The position numbers and the translations under genes were made by a program. The notes under the pieces were generated by a model. It worked only from the letters and a program-made list of their open reading frames with translations. It made no database searches and was not told where the DNA came from. A stretch of 48,784 nt of DNA from Candidatus Sericytochromatia bacterium (lineage in GTDB: Bacteria; Cyanobacteriota; Sericytochromatia; S15B-MN24; JAQBPE01): the NCBI GenBank assembly GCA_035285125.1, contig JAYKHR010000162.1:1-48784 (forward strand), read 5' to 3'. How positions within the stretch are numbered: the stretch's first letter is position 1; each line of letters opens with the position of its first letter. Positions 27,367 to 37,170 of this stretch are shown piece by piece.

Positions 27367-29211
27367 TCAGCTGCGTGGCAGCGGCCCATCCGCGACGGGG
27401 TCGCGATCCTCGGCGTGGGTCGTCGTGGGCGGCCGCAGGCGCAGGTACACCCGACCAGACAGCGGGTTGTCGCCGTAGGCGGCGCGCGTGAACGCCTCCA
27501 GCGAGTAGGCCGTGGCGTCTGCGCCGAGGGCGAGCGCCCAGCGGTCGATCGCGCCGAGGTCATGGGCGAAGCCCAGCGTGAGGGCGTTGAGGCGCACGGC
27601 GGTGTCGTCGTTGAGGCGGCGCGGCGGCAGCCCCGCGCGGTCGAGCAGCTCGTAGCGGCCGTAGAGGTGGTTGCGGCCGGCCCAGTCGAGCTGGCTCTCC
27701 AGCCCGTAGCTCTGGAGCGCGCCGGGCTCTCCCACCGTCACGTTCTGGCCCCACACGAGGCTCGTCGACCAGCGCCCTGCGGGGGTGTTCGTGACGCCCG
27801 TGACCGAGGCCGTCGTGCGGTGCTGGTCGCCGTGGTCGCCGTCGAGCCGCAGCCGCCCGTGGGACACCTGGGCCACCCAGTGGCGGCCGGGAAAGAATGA
27901 GAGCCGCGTCGACCACGAGTCGAGCGGGGCGAGGTCGAGGTCCGTGCGGTCCTCGTCCGGCTCGCGCCCGTTGAACACGGAGCCCTCCAGCTGCAGCGCG
28001 CCGAGCCGCGCACCACCCGTCAGCACGCCGTAGGAGACGTGCGTCGCGTCCTGGTGGTGGTGTCCCAGCGTCGCCCAGTGGTTGTCGGCGGCCGAGGGGC
28101 GGTGGAAGTAGGCCGCGGGGCCGAGCGCGGGGTCGCCGGCCAGGCCGCCGTAGCCGAACAGCGACAGGCTGGGGCTGAGCGTCCAGGTGTAGCGGGCCGA
28201 CAGCTCGCCGAGCATGTCGTGGGGGTGCTGGCGATCGACGATGGGCTGGCCCTGCCAGGTCTCACCGGCCTGGAACAGCTGCGGCGTGCCGCCGGGCGGC
28301 ACCAGGAAGGGATCGAGGCTGGTCATCATCCGGAGGTCCAGCAGGCCTGGTCCCCAGTAGCGGCTGCCGAGGACCATCTGCCAGTTGTCGGCTGCCCACA
28401 TCGTGCTGCCGCGAGGGCCGCTGAGCACGCTGGCGCCCCCGATGGCGTTGAGGTGCGCCATCCAGAGCCAGCCCGTGTCCTTCCAGGCCCACATGCGCAT
28501 CGGCGTCGTGGCGGGCAGCACGCTCGTGCCGGAGCCCATCGTGGCGGCCCGGTGCATGCGGGGGTCCTTCATCGGGTCGGGGTCCGCGAGGGCCGCGTCG
28601 GTCGGCAGCGCGCACCAGGCGTCCGCCGTGCCGGGCGGCGGGGGGGCGACCACCTCGGCCTCAGGCGACGCCAGCCGGGTGGCGAGGTCCACGCCGAGGG
28701 CCTCGGCGATGTCCCCCTTGCTGGCTGCCAGGCGGCCGACGTACCGGCTGCGGCGATCCAGCACGAAGACCTCGTCGGGGTGGGCGACGGGGTAGGCGTC
28801 CGTGGCCTTGACGCCCTTGGGCAGCTCGTAGCGGGTGCCGAGCGCGGCCACGAGGGCGTCGATCGCGCGGTGCGACCCGGAGGCCCCCACCAGGCGCTCG
28901 TCGTAGAAGCCCGTGTAGGCCTTGAGCCGGGGCGGCGTGTCGCGCATCGGGTCGACAGAGACGAAGACGGGCACGACGAGGTCGCGGTTCGGCAGCCGCC
29001 GGTGGGCGGCCAGCAGGCGGTCGAGCGTGCGCGGGCAGGCGTCCGGGCAGCTCGCGTAGCCCAGGTACAGCCACACGTACTTGCCGCGGAACTCGGCCAG
29101 CGTGAAGGGACGCCCTGAGCCGTCCACCAGCCCGATCTCGGTGGGCGTGGGGGGCGGCACGGGGGCCGCCAGCAGGGCCAGCGCGGGGGCTGGCGGGGGC
29201 AGATCAGACAT
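27367..29211 (-). CDS. SCO1/SenC copper chaperone domain fused to a putative outer-membrane beta-barrel
   Basis: YASCPDACP, VSVDPMRD and a His ligand in the N-terminal domain. C-terminal DRQHPHD...ALGP...GREPDE beta-strand domain. GGAGG RBS. Confidence 0.8.
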   Translation of the reverse strand: MSDLPPPAPALALLAAPVPPPTPTEIGLVDGSGRPFTLAEFRGKYVWLYLGYASCPDACPRTLDRLLAAHRRLPNRDLVVPVFVSVDPMRDTPPRLKAYTGFYDERLVGASGSHRAIDALVAALGTRYELPKGVKATDAYPVAHPDEVFVLDRRSRYVGRLAASKGDIAEALGVDLATRLASPEAEVVAPPPPGTADAWCALPTDAALADPDPMKDPRMHRAATMGSGTSVLPATTPMRMWAWKDTGWLWMAHLNAIGGASVLSGPRGSTMWAADNWQMVLGSRYWGPGLLDLRMMTSLDPFLVPPGGTPQLFQAGETWQGQPIVDRQHPHDMLGELSARYTWTLSPSLSLFGYGGLAGDPALGPAAYFHRPSAADNHWATLGHHHQDATHVSYGVLTGGARLGALQLEGSVFNGREPDEDRTDLDLAPLDSWSTRLSFFPGRHWVAQVSHGRLRLDGDHGDQHRTTASVTGVTNTPAGRWSTSLVWGQNVTVGEPGALQSYGLESQLDWAGRNHLYGRYELLDRAGLPPRRLNDDTAVRLNALTLGFAHDLGAIDRWALALGADATAYSLEAFTRAAYGDNPLSGRVYLRLRPPTTTHAEDRDPVADGPLPRS

Positions 29212-29343
29212 GGGAAGGCCTCCGTAGGCAGTGTAGCGCAAGCGGGCGCCGGCCGTCAGAGGGTGGGGGCTGGTTTCGCTTGGGCCGCAAGCCGCGGCAT
29301 GGGGCGCTCAAGGGCCCCTTGATCACGTTCGGCGCCGCAGGGG

Positions 29344-29390
29344 TTGACAGTCGTATATACGTGTATATACTGTATATATCGTATATACAG
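29344..29390 (+). promoter_or_regulatory. sigma70 promoter overlapped by a four-copy GTATATAC operator
   Basis: TTGACA-N16-TATACT. GTATATA(C/T) at 29353, 29363, 29372 and 29381. Perfect inverted repeat CTGTATATA-N3-TATATACAG. Confidence 0.8.
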
Positions 29391-29410
29391 ATCTTAGAAA
29401 GGAACGGGCC

Positions 29411-30271
29411 ATGACCGCCACGACCGACGCCATCAACCCCACCAACGAGCCCACCGAGACCGTCGAGATCGACGTCACGGTCGACGAGACCCCCATCGCC
29501 ACCGGCGACGCGCCAAGCATCGAGGCCGACGAGGCCCCCGCGGCGGCCGAGCCTGCCCCGGCACCTGCCGCCGAGGCCCCCGCTGCCGCGCAGGCCGAAG
29601 AGGCCGCCGCCGAGGCGGGCCCGAAGAAGCCCATCTCGCTGCGCGTGGCGAGCGACGACCTCGAGCGCGCCAAGGCGATCGCGGCCGACCTCGGCATCGG
29701 CTACCAGACCCTGCTCAACCAGGTGATCCACCTGGGCCTCGCGCAGGCACAGGCCGACATGCACTACCGCCGGGCGGTGGCGGAGCTCAAGTCCACCATC
29801 CCCGCGCTCGGCTCGGCGCAGGCCCTGCTCGACTCGCCGGCCGTGAAGGGCGCCCGCGAGCTGCTGGCCGACCCCGCCGTGAAGGCGGCGCAGGAGCTGA
29901 TGGCGAGCCCCGCTGTGAAGGCCGCCCAGGAGTTCGCCGAGGGCGTCGCCAACCACCAGGCGGTGCAGCAGGTGCGTGATTTCGGCACCAGCTCGTTCGC
30001 CCGGGCCAGCGAGGAGCTCGCGAAGTCCCCCATCTCGGCCGCGCTCAAGCAGTGGCTCGAGTCGCCGGCCGTCCGCTCGGCGCAGGCCTTCGCCGAGTCC
30101 ACCTCGGCCAAGGTGGTTCAGGACGTCAGCAACTCGCCCGCAGCGCGCATCTCGCGGGAGCTCGCGCTGGCCGCTGGCCTGAACGTGCCGGCCCCTGGCG
30201 AGGAGCTCAACGAGCTCAAGAAGGCCATTGACGAGATCCGCGACTCGCTCAAGAAGGCCAAGCTCATGTGA
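29411..30271 (+). CDS. CopG/BrnA-type ribbon-helix-helix protein with acidic N-terminus and helical-repeat C-terminus
   Basis: KKPISLRVASDDLERAKAIAADLGIGYQTLLNQVI, 12-aa SPAVKAAQE repeats, AAAGGA RBS. Confidence 0.8.
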   Translation: MTATTDAINPTNEPTETVEIDVTVDETPIATGDAPSIEADEAPAAAEPAPAPAAEAPAAAQAEEAAAEAGPKKPISLRVASDDLERAKAIAADLGIGYQTLLNQVIHLGLAQAQADMHYRRAVAELKSTIPALGSAQALLDSPAVKGARELLADPAVKAAQELMASPAVKAAQEFAEGVANHQAVQQVRDFGTSSFARASEELAKSPISAALKQWLESPAVRSAQAFAESTSAKVVQDVSNSPAARISRELALAAGLNVPAPGEELNELKKAIDEIRDSLKKAKLM

Positions 30272-30366
30272 GCTGCGCCGCTGGCGCCGCTCGGGCCCGG
30301 CTCCCCTCGGGGGGCCGGGCCCGCCTGCATGTGGCGATTGCCCGGCCGCCGTGGTTCCATGGCGCC

Positions 30367-31188
30367 ATGGTGGAGTTGGAGGATCACGCGGGCGACGTCG
30401 TCCGCAAGGCGATGTTCGGCCTGGGCGTTGGCATGCACGCCCTGGTGGCCCGCACGGGGCTGTCGTTGCCCGCGATCGCGGCGCTGCGAGACGGCCGGGG
30501 CGCGCCGGCAGACTTCGCCGCCGCCGCGGCGGCCCTCGGGCTCGACGGCCCGGCCCTGGTGGCGCTGGCCGCCGGCGGCTACGAGCCGGGCGTGGCCGTG
30601 CCGGAGGGCCTCGCGGTGGTGAGCACCCCCCATGGTGAACTGGTGGTGAACGCCTACATGGCCTGGGCGCCTGGGGCCACGCAGGCCGTGGCCTTCGACA
30701 CGGGCACGGACGCCCGGCCGTTGCTGGCCGTGCTTGCGGCCCGGGGACTGGGGCTGGCGGCTGTCTTCGTCACGCACGGGCACCGCGATCACGTGGGGGC
30801 CGCCTCGGCCCTGATTGAAGCCACCGGGGCCCCCCTGCACGCGCCGGCCGCGGAGCCTCAGCCGGGGGCCTCGCCGGTGCGGCCGGGGGAGCGCTTCGAG
30901 GTCGCCGGGCTGGTGATCGAGGCCCTGGAGACCACCGGCCACACGGTGGGTGGCACCTCGTACCGGGTGGGCGGCCTCGGCGTGCCCCTCGTCGTGGTCG
31001 GGGACGCGCTGTTCGCCGGGTCGATGGGGGGTGGGCTGGCGTCCTACGCGGATGCGCTGCGCACCAACCGGACGGCCTTGCTGACCTTGCCGCCGGACAC
31101 CGTGGTGGCCCCCGGGCATGGGCCCCTCACGACCATCGGGCTGGAGCGCCTCCACAACCCGTTCTTCGGCCCTGGCGCCGCCCCCTGA
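30367..31188 (+). CDS. MBL-fold metallo-hydrolase (glyoxalase II-like) with N-terminal helical extension
   Basis: THGHRDH, GHT, GDALFAGSMG and PGHGP motifs. Confidence 0.9.
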   Translation: MVELEDHAGDVVRKAMFGLGVGMHALVARTGLSLPAIAALRDGRGAPADFAAAAAALGLDGPALVALAAGGYEPGVAVPEGLAVVSTPHGELVVNAYMAWAPGATQAVAFDTGTDARPLLAVLAARGLGLAAVFVTHGHRDHVGAASALIEATGAPLHAPAAEPQPGASPVRPGERFEVAGLVIEALETTGHTVGGTSYRVGGLGVPLVVVGDALFAGSMGGGLASYADALRTNRTALLTLPPDTVVAPGHGPLTTIGLERLHNPFFGPGAAP

Positions 31189-31226
31189 CGTTGCATCGAG
31201 GGTCTCGCCGTGCGATGATCGCCCGC

Positions 31227-32585
31227 ATGCGCCTCGCCTGCCCGCGCCCCTGGCTACCCGTCGTCCTGCTGGCCGCGCTGGCGGTGGGGTTGCCTGACGC
31301 GGAGGCCCGCCCGGGGCGGCGCCACGCGCTGCCCGCGTCGGCGCAGCCGTCACCGCTGCTGCGCGGCATTGTGGCGCCGCTTCCCCCGCGCGCCAGCGCC
31401 ACGCCCTCGCCGGGGGCCAACCCGAGCGAGGTCACCTCGCCCGTTTCCGGGCTCATGCGGCCAGGGGTGCCTGAGCTGACCCCGGTGCCTGCGCTTAGCC
31501 TGCCGCCGCGTCCCAGCGTGGCGCCTCGGGTGGTCGAGCCCTCGGCCTTGCCGCCGCGCCCCAGCGCCGCTCCCCGGGTGGCCGAGCCCTCGGCCTTGCC
31601 GGCGCGCCCTGCTGCCGTGCGCGGCGCGGCGGTGCCCGTGCCGCAGCTGCCGGCGGGCGTGGCCCTCTTCACGCGAGACGGACGCCCGGCAGGGCTGGCG
31701 GACCTCGTGGCGGCCTCCCGCCTGGCAGACGTCGTGTTCCTCGGCGAGTTCCACGACGACCCGGCCGCCCACGCCTTGGAGCGGGCGGTCCTGGAGGCCC
31801 TGGCCCCCTTGCCGGGCCGCCCGCCTGCCCGGCCGGTGGCGCTGTCGCTCGAGATGTTCGAGACGGACGTGCAGGCGGTGCTCGACGAGTACCTGGCGGG
31901 CCTGATTCGCGAGCGGGACTTCCTGGCGGCGGCCCGGCCCTGGAACAACTACCGCACCGACTACCGGCCCCTCCTCGAGCTGGCGCGCGAGCGGGCGATG
32001 CCGGTGGTGGCAGCCAATGCCCCTCATCGCTACGTCATGCGCGTCGGCCGGACGGGCAGCGCGGGGCTGGGCGCCCTCACGCCGACGGCGCGCGGCCTGC
32101 TTGCGCCGCTGCCGTGGCCGACGCCCTCGATCGAGTACGTCGACCGGTTTGCCGCCTTTGCGGCCGAGGCGTTCGCGGCGCCTCGCGCGGCGGCGCCGGT
32201 GACGCACTCCAGCCGGGCCCCGCGCGAGCGACGCAGGGGGCGCGCCGCCCGGCCGAACCCCACGCCCACGCCCGCGCAGAGCCATGGGGCGGCCCCCAGC
32301 GTACGCCTGATGTTCGAGGCCCAGTGGCTCCGCGACACGAGCATGGCCAGGTCCATCGCGCTGCACCTGGCCGCCCGGCCGGGGGCCCTCGTGGTGCACG
32401 TCAACGGGCTGTTCCACAGCCAGGCGGGGCAGGGCACGGTGGAGGCGCTGCGGCACTACAGGCCGGGGGTGCGCCCCCTCACGCTGGCCATCACCCGGCG
32501 GGCCGGCCCGCCTGAGTTCGTCGCGCGTGAGATGGCCGGCCTTGGCGACTTCATCGCGGTGACGCCCCAGCGCCCGGGGCGCTGA
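31227..32585 (+). CDS. ChaN family (Tiki superfamily, haem-uptake-like) exported protein
   Basis: VVFLGEFHDD, LSLEMF, YRPLL, AQWLRDTSMA and NGLFH motifs. N-terminal signal with a 16-aa Pro-rich repeat. Confidence 0.85.
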   Translation: MRLACPRPWLPVVLLAALAVGLPDAEARPGRRHALPASAQPSPLLRGIVAPLPPRASATPSPGANPSEVTSPVSGLMRPGVPELTPVPALSLPPRPSVAPRVVEPSALPPRPSAAPRVAEPSALPARPAAVRGAAVPVPQLPAGVALFTRDGRPAGLADLVAASRLADVVFLGEFHDDPAAHALERAVLEALAPLPGRPPARPVALSLEMFETDVQAVLDEYLAGLIRERDFLAAARPWNNYRTDYRPLLELARERAMPVVAANAPHRYVMRVGRTGSAGLGALTPTARGLLAPLPWPTPSIEYVDRFAAFAAEAFAAPRAAAPVTHSSRAPRERRRGRAARPNPTPTPAQSHGAAPSVRLMFEAQWLRDTSMARSIALHLAARPGALVVHVNGLFHSQAGQGTVEALRHYRPGVRPLTLAITRRAGPPEFVAREMAGLGDFIAVTPQRPGR

Positions 32586-32627
32586 AGGCAGCGCCCCGCT
32601 GCCTTCAGCACCGGCCAGCCGTCGCCT

Positions 32628-33107
32628 TCAGGTCCGGGCGACGCCAACGGCCCCGCCCACGAGTAGCACGGCACCCGGCCAGGCCCGCAGCACCTCCTCG
32701 GAGACGCTGCCGTGCAGGAGGCGCGTGAGGCAGGTATGGGAGTGGGGCCCGAGCACGATCAGGTCTGCCTGCACGCCGCGCGCGAGGTCCAGGATGGCCC
32801 GCGCGGCGTTGCCCAGGCGGACGTAGGTGGCGGCAGGCCCCCGGCCGGCTGCCGTGAGCTGTGCCTGCCCGTGCGCCAGGGCCTGCTGGGCCTGCTTCAG
32901 GCCGGCGTCCAGCAGCACCTCGCTGATCGGCTCCGGCAGCGTCAGCCCGGGCATGGGCGCCAGGCGGGTCGGCGGCGTCTCCGCCACGGCCACCAGGTGG
33001 ATGGCAGCCATAGGCAGGCACGCCGTCACCCAGGCGATCGCCCGGGCGGCGTCTGCCGAGCCGTCCGTTCCGAGCACGACGCGCACGCCCTTCGCCTCCC
33101 GCCTCAC
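32628..33107 (-). CDS. Universal stress protein
   Basis: VVLGTDGSADA and ADLIVLGPHS...LLHGSVSEEVL. Confidence 0.9.
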   Translation of the reverse strand: MRREAKGVRVVLGTDGSADAARAIAWVTACLPMAAIHLVAVAETPPTRLAPMPGLTLPEPISEVLLDAGLKQAQQALAHGQAQLTAAGRGPAATYVRLGNAARAILDLARGVQADLIVLGPHSHTCLTRLLHGSVSEEVLRAWPGAVLLVGGAVGVART

Positions 33108-33157
33108 CCCAGTGTGCCGGCGCCAGGACGTGGCGACACCAGGCTGCCGCGTGGCGC

Positions 33158-33700
33158 TCAGCGAGCCGCCAGCGCTGCCTCGATCGCCTTGACGACCTCG
33201 GGCGCGTCAGGCGAGGTCGGGCTGCGGAACCTGGCCGTCACGCGGCCCTGGCGGTCTACCACGAACTTCTCGAAGTTCCAGGCCACGGCCCCGCCGTGGG
33301 CCTTGTCACCCGTGAGCCACTTGAACATGGGCTGCATGGCCTGGCCCGTGACGGGCGCCTTCGCGAACATCGGGAAGGTGACGCCATACTCGCGCTGGCA
33401 GAAGGTCGCGACCTCCTGGTTCGTGCCGGGCTCCTGCCCCATGAAGTCGTTCGAGGGGAAGCCGAGCACCAGGAGGCCCTTGGAGGCGAACCGCTGGTGG
33501 AGCTTCTGCAGGCCCTCGTACTGGCCGGTGAAGCCGCACTTCGAGGCCGTGTTGGCCACGAGCAGGGCCTTGCCCGCGTAGCGGCTCAGGGCCACCTTGC
33601 TGCCGTCGAGCCGGGTCAGCGTGACGTCAGGCAGCGGGGCGGCCCAGGCGGGAGCGGCCAGCGCGAGCAGGGCCAGGGGAAGGGTGCGGGTGAGCGACAT
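33158..33700 (-). CDS. Glutathione peroxidase (exported)
   Basis: NTASKCGFTGQY, GFPSNDFMGQEPG and WNFEKF motifs, with a signal peptide. Confidence 0.95.
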   Translation of the reverse strand: MSLTRTLPLALLALAAPAWAAPLPDVTLTRLDGSKVALSRYAGKALLVANTASKCGFTGQYEGLQKLHQRFASKGLLVLGFPSNDFMGQEPGTNQEVATFCQREYGVTFPMFAKAPVTGQAMQPMFKWLTGDKAHGGAVAWNFEKFVVDRQGRVTARFRSPTSPDAPEVVKAIEAALAAR

Positions 33701-33718
33701 GGGGAGCCTCCGGGGGGG

Positions 33719-34318
33719 TCAGTACAGCGAGACGTGGGCCACGGCGAGGTCGGCCTGGAAGGCCTGCTTGATGGCCACCAGGCCGAGCCGTTGGAGCTTG
33801 CGGGGATCGAGCTTGCCGACGCCCCATCCGCTGCCCTCGAACTGGGTGAAGGGGAGGTCGACGGTCTGCCACGTCGGACCGACGGGCAGGGGGGCGCTGT
33901 GGAACTGCCAGGGCAGCCGGTGGTCCGTGGTGCGCAGGTGGATCGCGTAGGAGCCGGGCCGCCCGGAGACGATCACGCGCACGCCCTGGCGGCCGCTCGC
34001 GTCGAGCACCTTCCCGCTGGCCGCCAGGGGCAGCGCGGCCTGGATGAAGCCGCCGCGGTTCTCGAGGCTCACCTCGCCCCGCAGGCGCAGGCTCGGCTTG
34101 CCGCGCACGGGTTCGAAGGTCAGTTGGTAGGTGGAGCGGCCGCCCATCACGGCGTCGGAGAACCCCTGCCAGCTGGTGCCAAGGGGGGTGCGGGCGTCGA
34201 GGGAGTCGAAATCGTCAATCAGCACAGTGGGCGCAGCGAGGGCGGGCCTCGCCAGGGGGAGGGCCACCAGGGCCGCGAGTAGGGCGAACGGCACGCGGGC
34301 GTGGGGGCGAGGGGGCAC
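33719..34318 (-). CDS. CIA30 family protein (exported)
   Basis: SDAVMGGRS and GEVSLENRGGF motifs. AGGAGG RBS before GTG. Confidence 0.88.
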   Translation of the reverse strand: MPPRPHARVPFALLAALVALPLARPALAAPTVLIDDFDSLDARTPLGTSWQGFSDAVMGGRSTYQLTFEPVRGKPSLRLRGEVSLENRGGFIQAALPLAASGKVLDASGRQGVRVIVSGRPGSYAIHLRTTDHRLPWQFHSAPLPVGPTWQTVDLPFTQFEGSGWGVGKLDPRKLQRLGLVAIKQAFQADLAVAHVSLY

Positions 34319-34503
34319 GGTGTTCCTCCTGCGTTGCACAGGGCAATTATAGGACAAGGCTGGGTGACCTGCAGCGTCAGGTTCCAGGCGCTTCTGTGAT
34401 CTTGATCGGGGTGATCTGCCGCACGCCGCAACCCTTCCTGGCTGCCCCGCAGACATAAGGGGCCGCGGCTTCAACATAAGCTCTTGCCAGCATTTGGCGC
34501 TGA

Positions 34504-34518
34504 TTAGCTGTCTGTTAA
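34504..34518. promoter_or_regulatory. TTAG-N7-TTAA box
   Basis: One-mismatch copy of the recurring motif in a divergent promoter region. Confidence 0.5.
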
Positions 34519-34626
34519 GCACGAGACCTCCCGTGAGCTTGATCACAAGCCTTCGGGTTCGCCGCTTGCTACGGTTGGTGTGATCGGGAACACCCGGTTG
34601 GCTTGCTGTTCACGGAGGAACACCCC

Positions 34627-34992
34627 ATGCCCCCATTGATGACGTTCGTCTGTCCTGAGCTCGACATGACCTACGAGGCCGTTTACCACGAGCTCGCCAG
34701 CTACCTCGAGATCGACGTGGAGGAGGCCGGTTGTCGGTTTGCACCCGACGACGCCGTGGCCCGCGTGCGCTACCACCGCCGCCAGCGGCAGCGGCAGCAC
34801 ATCCAGCGCGATCTGGCCGACATCCTCGCGATCCCCCTCGAGGACGTCTACGCGGCCGTCACGGAGGAAGGCGCGCGCCTCCTGCTGGAGTCGCTGCGGG
34901 CCCGTGATGCCCGCCGGGCCCCCGGCTGGGAGCTGACGGTGCGCGAGGGTGCCCCCCTTGAGGGCGCCGCCGAGCTGGTCGAGGTGTCCTGA
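34627..34992 (+). CDS. Hypothetical protein
   Basis: GGAGGA RBS, typical codon usage, followed by a hairpin. Confidence 0.7.
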   Translation: MPPLMTFVCPELDMTYEAVYHELASYLEIDVEEAGCRFAPDDAVARVRYHRRQRQRQHIQRDLADILAIPLEDVYAAVTEEGARLLLESLRARDARRAPGWELTVREGAPLEGAAELVEVS

Positions 34993-35008
34993 GCCTCGAC
35001 GGAGCACC

Positions 35009-35046
35009 CCGCAGGGGCCGCCCGCCCGCGCGGGCGGCCCCTGCGG
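35009..35046. terminator. Perfect 17-bp hairpin between convergent genes
   Basis: CCGCAGGGGCCGCCCGC / GCGGGCGGCCCCTGCGG. Confidence 0.7.
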
Positions 35047-35048
35047 CT

Positions 35049-36389
35049 TCAGCCCCGGATCAGGCCGAGCAGGGCGTCCCGCAGGGCCTCCATCTCAGGC
35101 TTCGTCTTGGCCTCGCAGTTGAGGCGAAGGAGCGGCTCGGTGTTGCTCTTGCGGATGTTGAACCACCACCCGTCGGCGACCACCGAGAGGCCGTCGATTT
35201 CCACGAGCTTGCCCTGGGCCGCGTAGCGGCTCTGGATGTCGGCCATCACGCGATCCGGATCCGCCACGCGCGAGTTGATCTCGCCGGAGATGAAGTAGCG
35301 CTTGGTCTCGTCCATGGCCTCGGCGAGGCTCTGGCGTTGATCCGACAGCGTCTTCAGCAGCAGCAGGGCCGTGAGGCAGCCAGAGTCGAAGAAGGCGTCC
35401 TTGTGGCGGAAGTAGTAGTGACCGCTCACCTCGCCGCCGAACTCGGCCGTGACCTCCCGCATGTAGGTCTTGGCGAACGCGTGCCCGACCTTCCACATGT
35501 GGGCCTCGCCCCCGAGGGCCTTCACCGTGTCCCGCACGTAGTCGCTGCAGCGCACGTCGTAGACGATCTTGGCGCCGGGGTGGGCCTTCAGCACGGGCTT
35601 GGCGAGCAGCCCGAGGATGAAGTCGCCGTCGCAAAAGTGGCCGGTGCCGTCCACGAAGAACGCGCGGTCGCAGTCGCCGTCGAGGCCGATGCCGAGGTCT
35701 GCGCCCGTCTCGCGCACCTTGGCGATCATGTCGACGCGGTTCTCCTCGAGCAGGGGGTTGGCCTCGTGGTTCGGGAAGGTGCCGTCCGGCTCGAAGAACA
35801 GCGGGATCACCTGCACGGGGGAGCCGGCGAAGAGCTTCTCCATGATGGGGCCGCCCATGCCGTTGCCTGCGTCGATGACGACCTTCAGGGGTTGTAGCGT
35901 CCCGGGGTCCACGAAGCTGTGCATCCAGGCCACGAAGGCATCGAGCACGGGCCGGTCCTCGTAGCCGCCCAGGGGGCCGGATGGGGGCGGGAAGTCGCCC
36001 TGGCGACAGAGGGCCTCGAGCTCCGCGAGTCCGCTCTCGAGGCCCATCGGGATGGCCTTCTCGCGCACGAACTTGAAGCCGTTGTACTCGCCCGGGTTGT
36101 GCGAGGCCGTCACGGCCACGCCACCGTCCACGCCCATGTTGATGACGGCGAAGTACATCATGTCGGTCGAGGCCATGCCGATGCCGATCACGTGGGCCCC
36201 GGCGTCCCGCAGCCCGCGCACGAGCTCGGCCTCCAGGGGGATGGAGGACGGGCGCATGTCGTGTCCGACGACCACGGTCTTCGCGCCCGTGTAGGCCACG
36301 TAGGCGCGCCCGAGCTGGTAGGCCAGGGCCTCCGTGACGTCCTCACCGTAGATGCCGCGAACATCATAGGCCTTGAAGGGTGCAGCCAT
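35049..36389 (-). CDS. manB: Phosphomannomutase/phosphoglucomutase
   Basis: FKAYDVRG, TASHNP, DGDCDR, GGEVSGH and SNTEPLLRLN motifs. GAGGAG RBS. Confidence 0.95.
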   Translation of the reverse strand: MAAPFKAYDVRGIYGEDVTEALAYQLGRAYVAYTGAKTVVVGHDMRPSSIPLEAELVRGLRDAGAHVIGIGMASTDMMYFAVINMGVDGGVAVTASHNPGEYNGFKFVREKAIPMGLESGLAELEALCRQGDFPPPSGPLGGYEDRPVLDAFVAWMHSFVDPGTLQPLKVVIDAGNGMGGPIMEKLFAGSPVQVIPLFFEPDGTFPNHEANPLLEENRVDMIAKVRETGADLGIGLDGDCDRAFFVDGTGHFCDGDFILGLLAKPVLKAHPGAKIVYDVRCSDYVRDTVKALGGEAHMWKVGHAFAKTYMREVTAEFGGEVSGHYYFRHKDAFFDSGCLTALLLLKTLSDQRQSLAEAMDETKRYFISGEINSRVADPDRVMADIQSRYAAQGKLVEIDGLSVVADGWWFNIRKSNTEPLLRLNCEAKTKPEMEALRDALLGLIRG

Positions 36390-36524
36390 GCGGGGTCTCC
36401 TCCTCGTTGAGCGAAACGGGTCCGGGGCAGCAGGCCCCGGACCCGGCATTATCCCATGCCTGGCCCCCTGGTGCGGGGGCAACGTGCGTCCGGCCCCCGT
36501 GGCCGAACGCCCCTGCAGGCGGGC

Positions 36525-37094
36525 TCAGTACACCCGTCGCCAGCCGAAGATCGACGAGGCGCCGCCGCCGAGGATCCACTCCTCGTTGGCGTTGTAGCGC
36601 CAGGCCAGCTCGGCGCCTCCGCCGGTGAACCCCCATGCCGCGCCGATGGTGAGCGGGAGCGTCGCGCGGAACAGGACCTGCTGCCCCTGCTGGAGCGGCA
36701 CGGGCACCTGCCAGCGAACCGTGGGGCCGACGTAGGCGGAGGGGGCGAAGGCGCTGAAGTTGCCGAAGGCGCCGCTGGCCCAGCCACCGCCGTAGCTCAC
36801 GCCCCCCGTGGCGCCCAGCATCAGGCCGGGGGCGGGTTGCGCCACCAGGTAGGTGGCCCGGGCCTCGAGGTCCGTGCCGCCGCCGAAGCCCAGTCCGAAG
36901 GCGGCGACGCTGGCGTTCACGCCCACGGAGAGCTGGTCGCTGAGCGCCACGTCGTAGGCCGCATCGAGGAAGCCCACGGAGATGGCTTGCTTCTTGGCCT
37001 TCAGGCCCAGCTCGGGCAGGGTCGAGGCCGCGGCGGGGCCGGCTGTGCCAAGCAGCAACAGGCCGGCGGCGGCGAGGCGGGTGGAGTTGGACAT
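36525..37094 (-). CDS. Small outer-membrane beta-barrel-like protein
   Basis: Signal peptide, alternating beta strands, C-terminal aromatic residue, GAGGAG RBS. Confidence 0.65.
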   Translation of the reverse strand: MSNSTRLAAAGLLLLGTAGPAAASTLPELGLKAKKQAISVGFLDAAYDVALSDQLSVGVNASVAAFGLGFGGGTDLEARATYLVAQPAPGLMLGATGGVSYGGGWASGAFGNFSAFAPSAYVGPTVRWQVPVPLQQGQQVLFRATLPLTIGAAWGFTGGGAELAWRYNANEEWILGGGASSIFGWRRVY

Positions 37095-37170
37095 GGACGG
37101 CTCCTCGGTGGGGGATGGGGGACGGCCACCCATCTTGCCCAGGCAGACGAGGCCTGCGCTGTGAGCCGGG

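Noticed and set aside
29370..29390. E. coli-type LexA SOS box
   Set aside because: The CTGT...ACAG spacing is 13 nt rather than 8. An RHH autoregulatory operator explains it better.
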